Part shown: positions 1 to 8,500 of the stretch, one piece after another
Layout: each line of letters starts with the position of its first letter
How positions within the stretch are numbered: the first letter of the stretch is position 1
IMG/VR virus record: IMGVR_UViG_3300032219_002612
Span: 1-57,648 of that record
Origin: a virus
Lineage: Duplodnaviria > Caudoviricetes
Strand: one strand, 5' to 3'
Length of the DNA: 57,648 nt
The notes under the pieces: generated by a model
Told to the model about the DNA's origin: nothing
The model's input: only the letters and a program-made list of their open reading frames with translations
The model's database searches: none
Translations under genes and position numbers: made by a program

Positions 1-1
1 C

Positions 2-115
2 TCTGAGGAGATGGAAGCCTTGAACAACGATGCAACGAAGCATGGAGGCGAGGTGCGACAGCATCCGTCTCCCGACGGAGTCACACTTCCCTTGTTTTAT
101 GACTGGGGTACGTGA
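2..115 (+). CDS. 3' end of a hypothetical protein (truncated by window start)
   Basis: Open frame from position 2 to TGA at 113-115, overlapping the likely ATG (99) of the next gene. Confidence 0.35.
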   Translation, partial: SEEMEALNNDATKHGGEVRQHPSPDGVTLPLFYDWGT

Positions 116-737
116 AGTATTTGGGGGACTGAAGTCCCGAGAGGTCAGCCGTTACGTCAACTACTGGGACAAGATTAAGCCAAAGTCCCGCAGTGACGAA
201 TGGCGCTTCTGGGTCTTCTCGATTCTTGCGGCCAACTTCGGTTGGAAGCAGAACGTGAAGGCATTCAATGCAATCAAAGATCGCGACTCGTGGAAAGCCG
301 ATCTTGGCAAGCTACAGTTTGAACTGTACCAAACCAGGACTGGACTGTGGCGGACGAAAGCCGTTAGCATCTGGAAGTTTGACCAGATGTTTCAGGCTAA
401 GCCCCACATCTTCGAGCGTTATTCTAACGAGCCGTTGACGCAATACCGTGACAGGATTGCGGACAACGTTCCGGGATTGGCGATTGCTAAATCGAGCTTC
501 TATGTGGAGATGAAACATCACGAAGAGTCAGACGTTGTCTGCCTCGATCGTAGGGTGTTGAAGTCCATCCACAAGAGGGAAAGAACAGTGAACAGGACTG
601 ATTATCTCGCGCTTGAGAACGAGTGGCAGACCTGCTCAAAGGAATACGGTATCCCAGCGGCTACCGCCAGGTTCATCTGGTGGGATAAGTTGCAGGGGTA
701 TAAAAATAGTCGGTACTGGAGTGAGGCATTAGAATGA
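99..737 (+). CDS. HhH-superfamily DNA glycosylase/lyase, Ogg2 (8-oxoguanine glycosylase)-like
   Basis: RDRIADNVPGLAIAKSSF (HhH), VVCLDRRVLK (cf. ILDRHIL), YLALE...YGIP...RFIWW resemble Ogg2 motifs; ATG 99 preferred over 30. Confidence 0.65.
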   Translation: MTGVREVFGGLKSREVSRYVNYWDKIKPKSRSDEWRFWVFSILAANFGWKQNVKAFNAIKDRDSWKADLGKLQFELYQTRTGLWRTKAVSIWKFDQMFQAKPHIFERYSNEPLTQYRDRIADNVPGLAIAKSSFYVEMKHHEESDVVCLDRRVLKSIHKRERTVNRTDYLALENEWQTCSKEYGIPAATARFIWWDKLQGYKNSRYWSEALE

Positions 738-943
738 ATATGAAAAAAGTAAACGGTGAGATTATGTGGGGTGCTGGGGACAGCATCCATCAAATCTCTT
801 TTAACGCAGACGTGGACACAGCAAACGAAAAGGTGGACAACCTTAAACTTGAACTGGATCCGGCATTTCTTGACGACGTTCTTCAAAACGTCTACAAGGC
901 TGGAGCAGACGAGGCCCTTCGTTTGGCTTCTGTCCAATCATGA
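734..943 (+). CDS. hypothetical protein
   Basis: 69-aa ORF with ATGA overlaps on both sides. Confidence 0.7.
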   Translation: MNMKKVNGEIMWGAGDSIHQISFNADVDTANEKVDNLKLELDPAFLDDVLQNVYKAGADEALRLASVQS

Positions 944-1101
944 AAGATAAGAATAACAAAGCGTTAAATGTGTTGATGATTATACACCTATGCTTCACAC
1001 TCATAGGTATGTTTGTGGTTACTTGGTCAATCTATTGTATGGCCATAGGAACCTATTCTCATGCGTGTGAAGTGGTACAAAAGAAGCTACTGCTGAGATG
1101 A
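940..1101 (+). CDS. small membrane protein
   Basis: 53 aa MKDKNNKALNVLMIIHLCFTLIGMFVVTWSIYCMAIG..., one hydrophobic segment, ATGA overlap; not in ORF track. Confidence 0.55.
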   Translation: MKDKNNKALNVLMIIHLCFTLIGMFVVTWSIYCMAIGTYSHACEVVQKKLLLR

Positions 1102-1105
1102 TGAT

Positions 1106-1267
1106 CTAGAAATTTTCACCTATCCAGGTTTCGAAATCGTCTAATTTATTCCCGAGTTCCTCAGGGGTGATGATGCCTAAGGAACAAGCACGTGCAAATT
1201 GCAAAATATCCGTGACTTGTTCTGGAAGTATCGCCAACTCCGGGGACTCGGGAATATTTTTTGTCAC
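1106..1267 (-). CDS. hypothetical protein (53 aa)
   Basis: GTG start overlapping upstream TGA; MTKNIPESPELAILPEQVTDILQFARACSLGIITPEELGNKLDDFETWIGENF. Confidence 0.45.
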   Translation of the reverse strand: MTKNIPESPELAILPEQVTDILQFARACSLGIITPEELGNKLDDFETWIGENF

Positions 1268-1365
1268 AATTTTATCCTTCTACCTATAAGTATACACACA
1301 GTTTTAATAATTGAAAGCGTGACGAGGCACGTTAGCCAAATAATATCACGCTTCCTATTCCTCAT
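1264..1365 (-). CDS. small hydrophobic peptide (33 aa)
   Basis: MRNRKRDIIWLTCLVTLSIIKTVCILIGRRIKL directly downstream of a predicted - strand promoter. Confidence 0.4.
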   Translation of the reverse strand: MRNRKRDIIWLTCLVTLSIIKTVCILIGRRIKL

Positions 1366-1372
1366 TTTCCCT

Positions 1373-1417
1373 AGTTTGTCCTAGCTATATTGACTTGGCA
1401 AGCCCGCCAGTCAGCAT
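1373..1417. promoter_or_regulatory. overlapping divergent sigma70-type promoter pair
   Basis: + TTGACT(1390)-N16-CAGCAT-N6-GTG(1424); - TTGCCA(1401)-N17-CAAACT-N7-ATG(1365). Confidence 0.6.
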
Positions 1418-1423
1418 TGAATT

Positions 1424-1684
1424 GTGCCCAAGAAGCTCGCAGAAGCAAAATTCGGTGAACTATCCGAACAGTTCCTCCGTGTATTACTCGCCGCAGCTGC
1501 GGTCGATGGTAAATCGGAAGAGTTAGTTATTACCCGAAAGGCTTTCCATGAGTTAAACGAAAAGCTTAAGGAGGGTTACAACCCAGAGATAGACGTATGG
1601 TTTGAGGGAGACGAGCTTCACGTTGCTCTAGCCTGGAGCGAGGTGCCGATTGTGGGGTTCAGAAAAATCCGTGGCCAAAAATAA
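1424..1684 (+). CDS. hypothetical protein
   Basis: 86-aa ORF; start 6 nt after the predicted -10 box. Confidence 0.7.
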   Translation: MPKKLAEAKFGELSEQFLRVLLAAAAVDGKSEELVITRKAFHELNEKLKEGYNPEIDVWFEGDELHVALAWSEVPIVGFRKIRGQK

Positions 1685-1777
1685 AAAGAAAAAGGTTAAG
1701 AGCTTAATCGATCATTCGCATCGGCCGCGCCAGGGCCTGCTCGACAAGGTTGCTAAGCTGGCGTTATACCACAAGAA

Positions 1778-3097
1778 CTAGCGGCTTATCTCTTCCCAGT
1801 CCAAAGAAGCGACAACTGTATCGCTGCCTCCGTTAGAAGCAATAATTAATGAAGTTTCAAATGGAACGCCAGTAATTCCATTCCGTTCTAATTGAAATTT
1901 AAAGAGAGTTTCTTTGAGAATGTCGACCTGACCTGAGGATTGATTGGTCTGGCTAAAGAATCCACTAGCTAAAATTCTGCCACCAGAAGTAGAGGTTCCC
2001 GTTAAGTTGTACTCAACGGCGCTATCCGATCCTGCGCTTGTCCACGTGCCCCCAGTTGTAGTCGATGCTGCTCGAATTTGCCAGTTAAAATTGCCGGTTG
2101 AAACTGGGAGAATAGATAACGCAGTCAAAATAACTATTGCATCTAATCTATCGGGTGAAGTCTTTAATTTTAAGGATATAACTGGATAAAAAACTCCTGC
2201 TGTTCCCAGAGTTCTGGGGGAATTAATTGGAGTGTTAATAGCTTTTTGTGACCCCACCAATTGATAACCTCCCTCTGAAATAACCGTTGAACAAATTTGT
2301 TTTAACGTGCTAGAGGTGGCCGGGCTTGGGGTTCCCTCATTTTTTATTTCATATCGCAGGGGGAGACTGGCTGTCGTAATATATGTAGAAGCAATTAAAT
2401 TAGCGTGATGAAAATAGTGGCAAGTAATAAACTGACCGTTGATTACAAATCCCATGCGGACAGTGCCTACTCCGAGCCACTCAAAATCCATCCAAAGAAT
2501 CTGGGCCTTGGTTATATCAAGTATAATGCCAGAGGCCCCAGTCCCATCAAGTTTGTCACCATTCCAATCCGACTGATAGACAGAGGTTTCGATAACAGAA
2601 CCAGTTACAAGCGATCTTTTTACAAAGCTTAAAACGTTACCATACAGCTCCAAATACATACCGTTTTCGTCGCCGTAATAGCCCACCCTCTGTCTAAGAT
2701 TTGTTTTGGCTGGCCCCATGACAAAAGTATTCATCACAAGAAGGGATTTCCCGGGTTGATAGGCAAAAACTTTTATAGTTTCTCGAATAACTTCATCCCC
2801 GCTAGCGGAGCCAACAGATAGATCGACAAGTCCTTGAGAAGAATTAAAGGCGGCCGATGCCGTTCCAGAAGTAAAAGTCGACCACAATCCATTGTCGTCG
2901 TATCTATGATTTGAATCGAAAAGAGTAAGGGGGTTTGATGTGCGAAGCCGGCCAAAAGAATCTGTGGGGAAGGACCCAATGATACCCCCAGCCCCACCGC
3001 TTGAAAGGCTATCTAAACTACTGGAGATCTTCTGGAGACTTCGAACTTCCGTGTCTGACCAGATCGGAGTATTGTTTTCTGGAAAATATTCAGGCAT
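1778..3097 (-). CDS. putative virion structural protein (beta-rich)
   Basis: 439 aa; DSFGRLRTSNPLTLFDS motif recalled from aquatic phage structural proteins; last gene of the virion operon. Confidence 0.6.
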   Translation of the reverse strand: MPEYFPENNTPIWSDTEVRSLQKISSSLDSLSSGGAGGIIGSFPTDSFGRLRTSNPLTLFDSNHRYDDNGLWSTFTSGTASAAFNSSQGLVDLSVGSASGDEVIRETIKVFAYQPGKSLLVMNTFVMGPAKTNLRQRVGYYGDENGMYLELYGNVLSFVKRSLVTGSVIETSVYQSDWNGDKLDGTGASGIILDITKAQILWMDFEWLGVGTVRMGFVINGQFITCHYFHHANLIASTYITTASLPLRYEIKNEGTPSPATSSTLKQICSTVISEGGYQLVGSQKAINTPINSPRTLGTAGVFYPVISLKLKTSPDRLDAIVILTALSILPVSTGNFNWQIRAASTTTGGTWTSAGSDSAVEYNLTGTSTSGGRILASGFFSQTNQSSGQVDILKETLFKFQLERNGITGVPFETSLIIASNGGSDTVVASLDWEEISR

Positions 3098-3151
3098 AAA
3101 CTGTACTTGTTTTACGGCTAACCGTAATTAGCAGAATAAAAGTCCCGGCAC

Positions 3152-3988
3152 TTACAAATATTTTCCTGTTTTCTCATCGAATCTAGAGCTTCCCCCTGAA
3201 AAGTAATTTTGAGGGGAGCTCGCAGGGGGAGTTAGGTTAGAGATTGTAGCGTATTTCCCAAGTCCTGTTTTCTTTAATGTTGGTTCTACAAATTTTGACC
3301 TAGATAAATTAGTTGAAACGCGGGGAGTTCTTCCTCCTCCACCTTCTATAGTAACTCCAGCTTGTCTATCTTCAATTCCACTTACTTTTTTAGCTACTTG
3401 TGTGGGGTCAAATCTACTTCGCATCCACGACGCAGGAAGCATTGAACCCGCTCCATACATACTTTTAAATTGTCCAGTCTTTTCAACCCCCGCCCCTTGC
3501 GCCCCGCCAATTATTGTTTGCGGTGCCGAACCAGCTTGAAACACCCCCGTGCCCGTCTTCGCCATTTCTTGAGCTTGTATGGCCTCAGCATAGGCTTTAT
3601 CGTATGAAGCTTCCTGCCCGGCCATTTCGGCTCTTTTTGCCTCCTCTTTTCTGGCTAGTTGTATAGCTCCTACGTATGCTTCAGGAGTAAAAGGAGATCG
3701 AGATCCTTGTTTTCCCTCCCTGTATGCTGTACCTGGGGATAAAAATTGACCAAGGTATTGTGCGGCTAAGTCGGATTCTCTTCCAGCTTTGGCAGCGGCA
3801 CTAGTTAAAGCCTGAGCTTCTCGAAAGGCGTTAGTAAAAGGATCATTGTCATTAGCTCGACTTGGGTCTAGGCGTGCCCCTGGCGTATAAGCATAGTCAC
3901 CTAAAGAAGATTTTTGTCGGCCAAGAATGGTTGAGGTACTAAAAGACGGGCGTGTATAATTGTCGAATTGGGTTGACATTCCAGCCAT
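3152..3988 (-). CDS. hypothetical protein, possible internal virion protein
   Basis: 278 aa, Ala/Gly/Ser-rich; contains LKKTGLGKY. Confidence 0.7.
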   Translation of the reverse strand: MAGMSTQFDNYTRPSFSTSTILGRQKSSLGDYAYTPGARLDPSRANDNDPFTNAFREAQALTSAAAKAGRESDLAAQYLGQFLSPGTAYREGKQGSRSPFTPEAYVGAIQLARKEEAKRAEMAGQEASYDKAYAEAIQAQEMAKTGTGVFQAGSAPQTIIGGAQGAGVEKTGQFKSMYGAGSMLPASWMRSRFDPTQVAKKVSGIEDRQAGVTIEGGGGRTPRVSTNLSRSKFVEPTLKKTGLGKYATISNLTPPASSPQNYFSGGSSRFDEKTGKYL

Positions 3989-3989
3989 A

Positions 3990-4130
3990 TTAATACTTCC
4001 CTAAACCCCGACCCTTATTAGTAACCTGAGGCATAACGTAAGGCTTTTTCTTTTCAATTTTAAGGGAAGGCGATTTATCGGTCGGCATCTTCGCATTCTT
4101 TTGATTCAAGTTAAGAGAATAGTTTTTCAT
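3990..4130 (-). CDS. small basic protein (46 aa)
   Basis: MKNYSLNLNQK...NKGRGLGKY; TAATATG junctions on both sides; not in ORF track. Confidence 0.7.
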   Translation of the reverse strand: MKNYSLNLNQKNAKMPTDKSPSLKIEKKKPYVMPQVTNKGRGLGKY

Positions 4131-4131
4131 A

Positions 4132-4530
4132 TTATTGTTTATCCAAACCAGTTTTTTCTAGGGTATCCTGTACCTTCATTCGTCGGGCTCGAGCCCTCTC
4201 GTCATACTCATCCATCCTACGCTGTCTTTCTAAGTCCATGCGTGTTTGTATTAATTTTTGTCTTTTCTCTTCCAACTCTTTGACGACTGCCGGAGTCATT
4301 ATAACCCCCGCCTTCGAAGGCTCTTCCTCCTCCCGAAGCTCCATGCTCGGGGCCACCTCGGCCACACTCCCCATACTTCCCAATGTTTGCTGGCGCTGTT
4401 TTTCGAAGCGGTCCCGCATAATCTTGTCGAGAACAGGATCTCCGGTAAGTAACTCGGCCAATTGAACTCCCATTTTAATCGGGGCGGAAACCGCCACAGG
4501 TAATGCGTCAATCATGTTGGAGTAGTCCAT
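4132..4530 (-). CDS. hypothetical protein with coiled-coil C-terminus
   Basis: 132 aa, ends LEKTGLDKQ. Confidence 0.7.
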   Translation of the reverse strand: MDYSNMIDALPVAVSAPIKMGVQLAELLTGDPVLDKIMRDRFEKQRQQTLGSMGSVAEVAPSMELREEEEPSKAGVIMTPAVVKELEEKRQKLIQTRMDLERQRRMDEYDERARARRMKVQDTLEKTGLDKQ

Positions 4531-4531
4531 A

Positions 4532-4687
4532 TTATTTACCTTTCGATTTGCCAGCCGCGGTTAATGCAATGGCGATGATTTGTGCTCTTGGTCGTGGCTT
4601 GCCTCCGGCGCCACGCTCTTTACCTTTTTTCTTATTATCAGCGTACAGTTCGCTGATATTAGCGGATACATTTTTTCCTAGAGGCAT
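4532..4687 (-). CDS. small basic protein (51 aa)
   Basis: MPLGKNVSANISELYADNKKKGKERGAGGKPRPRAQIIAIALTAAGKSKGK; resembles the common phage 'SxNIxEL...QAxAIAL' small protein family; not in ORF track. Confidence 0.75.
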   Translation of the reverse strand: MPLGKNVSANISELYADNKKKGKERGAGGKPRPRAQIIAIALTAAGKSKGK

Positions 4688-4693
4688 GGGTCT

Positions 4694-4722
4694 ATATTAT
4701 AGGGTAGGGGGTGGGGGGTCAA
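4694..4722 (-). promoter_or_regulatory. sigma70-type promoter (leaderless)
   Basis: TTGACC-N17-TAATAT-N6-ATG(4687). Confidence 0.6.
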
Positions 4723-4922
4723 GAGCCCTTTTCAAGTTCATCCTCAACACCATCGGAATCCCTGTCCTTGAAGCTCGATGGGTCGCGGGTGAAGATTCTT
4801 TTAGCCAACATATACCTTTCCTCGGCGGTCATCTCTACCCAAACCTCAGTCCTACCTCTTGGCTTCCAGAGGATTAGCGCTACCACGATCCCAACAAAAA
4901 ATATAACGGGCCAAAAGATCAT
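4719..4922 (-). CDS. small membrane protein with DxDxDG motif
   Basis: N-terminal TM segment; C-terminal DRDSDGVED (Ca-binding-like). Confidence 0.6.
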   Translation of the reverse strand: MIFWPVIFFVGIVVALILWKPRGRTEVWVEMTAEERYMLAKRIFTRDPSSFKDRDSDGVEDELEKGS

Positions 4923-5149
4923 TTACCTAGTCCCGTTTTTTTCTTCCAGCTTATACGCTCTGAGCTTGTCTTTTTCTTTGCCGAAGAGTTGCACATCGAC
5001 TTAGTAGGCCGGCAGGCTGGATAGCTTCCACCGCTATCAGCCGACTTTCGGCCGCACGGACCGCCAGTCTTGCAGTTAATCCACCCCTTTCCTTTGTTGC
5101 GGGAGAACCAACCATGTAGACCCTTCTTCTTTTCGAGTTCGAAGCCCAC
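4919..5149 (-). CDS. small basic Cys-containing protein
   Basis: GLHGWF...W...KTGGPCGR...YPACRP, a motif recalled from phage small proteins; ends KKKTGLGK. Confidence 0.75.
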   Translation of the reverse strand: MGFELEKKKGLHGWFSRNKGKGWINCKTGGPCGRKSADSGGSYPACRPTKSMCNSSAKKKTSSERISWKKKTGLGK

Positions 5150-5298
5150 TATTTCTTCCCCTTGTTACCCCAGTTTGCTGCTCCAACTTTGCGGCATTTG
5201 ACTAGCGCGCCACTGGCGTATGCGGAGGGCCACACTGAGTATCTAGATTTTACCTTGCGGGTGCAGGCGTCGTTGGCTTTCTTTTTTCCTAGGGGCAT
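5149..5298 (-). CDS. small basic protein (49 aa)
   Basis: MPLGKKKANDACTRKVKSRYSVWPSAYASGALVKCRKVGAANWGNKGKK; 'WPSAYASG' family recalled from aquatic phages; not in ORF track. Confidence 0.8.
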   Translation of the reverse strand: MPLGKKKANDACTRKVKSRYSVWPSAYASGALVKCRKVGAANWGNKGKK

Positions 5299-5299
5299 A

Positions 5300-5593
5300 T
5301 TAGTATTTTCCTTGTCTGTTGCTTGGGTTGGGGGTGGTTGCTCCGCCCGGACCAGACCATAGATTTTTACAAGCCCAGTAACGAGCGCTTAGTTTAGTTC
5401 CAGGAGAGTCGCAGTTGTGGCGAGCCCGGAAGGATTTGCGAGCTGCGGCGGAGTAGTTGTTGCCGTATCCTTTGGCCCCAAAGTGTACAAGTTTTTCCTG
5501 CCCGTTCTCACAAGCTTTGACCATGCGTTTCTTGCCCGGCCGAGTGCTCGGTCGAGGCTTATTGCAAGGCATGCTGGCTTTACCCAATGGCAT
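5300..5593 (-). CDS. small basic protein
   Basis: KKRMVKA...VHFGAKGY...RKSFRARHNC...KLSARYWA motif family; starts MPLGK. Confidence 0.8.
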   Translation of the reverse strand: MPLGKASMPCNKPRPSTRPGKKRMVKACENGQEKLVHFGAKGYGNNYSAAARKSFRARHNCDSPGTKLSARYWACKNLWSGPGGATTPNPSNRQGKY

Positions 5594-5597
5594 AACA

Positions 5598-8500
5598 TTA
5601 GTCTACGGTCTGACTTTTTGGATACAAGATGCCTTCTTGATTTTTTTCTAGAAGAACTTGGTATAGAATTGCTTTTTTAATTGGGTTTGCAACTTGAGGG
5701 ACAAGGGTAACAAACTCGACTCGGCTCATCTGCTCAAGTTGCGGTATCATCTGGCCAAGCACAGTTCGAATCTCTTTTCCGGCCCGTTGCGCCCATTCAT
5801 ATCTCTCGTCGTCGGATAGTTCTCGCTTTAGTTGATAGAAATCATCCACAGAAATCGGTTCCCCATTGGCTCTTTTTTGTTCGGATAGTTCCATCATCGC
5901 AAAATCTTTAAGAGGACCGGCCCCCCAATCCAAAGAGGTTCTATTGGCGGCGAACAAAGAAATCAACTTGTCGTGAATCGCTTGCTCACTTCGTTCCCCG
6001 TTGTCATACGCTTGCGAATCAACGCCGACAGTAGTCACGCGGCGAAGAAACGGAAGTGAGTTTTCAACTTGAGCTTTTACGTTATAGCCCAAGAAGTTAA
6101 GGTCTGGTCTGCCCACTTTAGACGCGAAAGGAACAGACTGCATAAAGGTGGATAGTAATCCCTCTTGATAAGGTCTTGCGGTGGGAGACCCAACTATTCC
6201 GTTAAATAATTGTTCGACGTCTCTAAGGGTTGCGTACCCGGGGATTAAACCCCCAGCGACATTCCCAACGGTTTTAACAAGATTTGTCATAATCCCCTTC
6301 GCGTCTCGTTGCCCAACCCCCGGGGATGTCAGCGACATAATCTGTCGTATCCCCGACAGAGCCGCCATATCTAAAATTCCGTACATAGCCAACGCCCCGC
6401 CGGTTAAGCCCCCTAGAATGACGGACTCTGCGGTAGACCGCTTGTCATATCGGATGGCTTCTACCATGGCGCCCGAAAGAATCAAAGGCCCGGATAGACC
6501 AACAGGGAATCCTTCAAAACTAAAGAACCTAGGCTTTCCATCTTTAAATTTACCAACCTGAATAGATCTGAGTTTTCCTCCGCCTGCGAAGAAAGCTTCT
6601 CGCTGGGCGGGATCGGAAGGTCCCTTAAAATGAATGTTAAGATAGGGATCGTCTTCGCCGCCAATTGCCTCCCGAAATAAAGTCATCAAAGTTCCTGTGA
6701 AAAGGTACCCCAAGATTTGTTTTCCTAACAGCAAATCGTGCTCTACCGTACCGGCGACAGCTGGCGGTCTATAATATTTAGTATCTTTCAACATACCCGC
6801 CGACCCTCGGTACAAACGAACCGTAGAAACTACGGGCATAAAATTTAAAACTTCATTTGCTAAGCTTGATCCTGTTTTTAAAAATTTAATAAACAACCGG
6901 GTAGGCCACGCTTTGGCAGACAGACTCGTTAAACTATCCGCGAGCAAACCAAACCAGCCCTCAAAATCATTAGTGAATGTAGCTTGCGCGCCAAAGGCTT
7001 TTGTTTTTGTAGTTAAATTTTTTACACTTTCTTCTTCTGGTCTTCCTTGTTCCAAAATTTCTTCGACCCGCAGGGCTTGTTGCTCTGAGGTTAAGTCGAA
7101 TTCTTTGGCGTCCGCTTCAGCTCTGGCTTCCGCTCGTTTCCTGGCTTCGGGGGTTAAATTCAAAAGACGAGTTACCTCTAATTCAATTTCATCATTTGAT
7201 TCTAAACCTTGGGAAATAGCTATATTAGTTGCTTCCGCAATCTCATACATTTTTTGAGAGGAGATTCTATTAATGGCATCGCCAGCCGCCATTGCTCGGC
7301 CAAAGAAAATAAACGGCGCTAGGGCCCCGTATTTACTACTAATAAGTTTTGAGTCTAAAGGTACTCTGTACTCCTGGCCCAATACGTTGACTGGAAGTTC
7401 AGGCTTCACGGTGCCAGGTTTCCCGGCCCGATAATCTTCAGCTTGTTTTAGGATTGCCTCCCACAGATTGACTCCCCCCAGCTCTTGGGTTAAAGCGTCT
7501 CGAACGTTTGAATAATCTCCGTTAAAGAAAACATTCATAGCCGCGTTCAACGCCGGCTTTTCACCAACAAAAATCGCCGAGTTTAAATCTAATGCGCCTT
7601 GCAAGTAAGCCTTACCCCGGGCCTTATCCCCAAACGCTGACCTTGCAGATCCCACCGCCGCTAGAATCCCCGCATTTAATTCGTTGCTGACAAGGGCAGA
7701 CCAACCGTTAATTCCTATGGTTCCAACGCCCGCCAGCAAATTAGAGGTTTGGTAATTAACAATCAATTCACCCCATACTTGCGGAGAAACTAACTTTACA
7801 TATTGATACATCTCCGAAATCTTTTTGCTGCGGATCATACCGGCGGGGTAAAGGGGAAGATCTTCGATTAATTTGTTTAGTCGTTTACGCTCTTCCTCTT
7901 TTAATTCTGGTAAGCCAAGCTGAGAATGCATCTGGGCAAATACTTCGTTGTCATTGAGCACCCCAAGATTCGCTGCCTCTATGAGTTTATCCAAAGCCGA
8001 CCGCATTTTACGAGTCTTACGTTCTTTCTTGGCTTCAAACCTTTTTTTAATTCTTTCAAGTTCCAACTTACGCTCACTCGCAATCAGCTCGGTTAAACCT
8101 TCTCGAAGAAAATCTGTTGCCTGCTTTTTTTGCGCCTCGTCTAGTGTTGTGTTTTGCGTCAACAAAGCCCCGAGCTTGTTTTCGAAATCCATGATATCAC
8201 CTTTACTGCTACGAATTAACCCGCGAACATTTGTTTGAGGACCCCCGATTGACTCGAGGGAACGAACCGCTTGCTTCAAGTTTGAAACTGTAAAGGGGCG
8301 ACCAAAAGCTTCCTCGATGAACGGCTCTAGGCCCATCAATTCTTCCTCCGTGTAAACCTCTTTTAGTGAGTCCCGAACGTTGTCAATGAACTCTGAGACT
8401 TCGGGATACTTGGCGATGCGGTCTCTTAAAACTTCGGCTTCAGATGGCTTTGGTTCTGGTTGGTAAGCAGGCTGCAATCCACCCATTTCTTTAGTTCTTT

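Noticed and set aside
1671-1781. 36-aa basic ORF (MAKNKKKKVKSL...)
   Set aside because: Short, no homology cue, overlaps both neighbours; possible but unsupported
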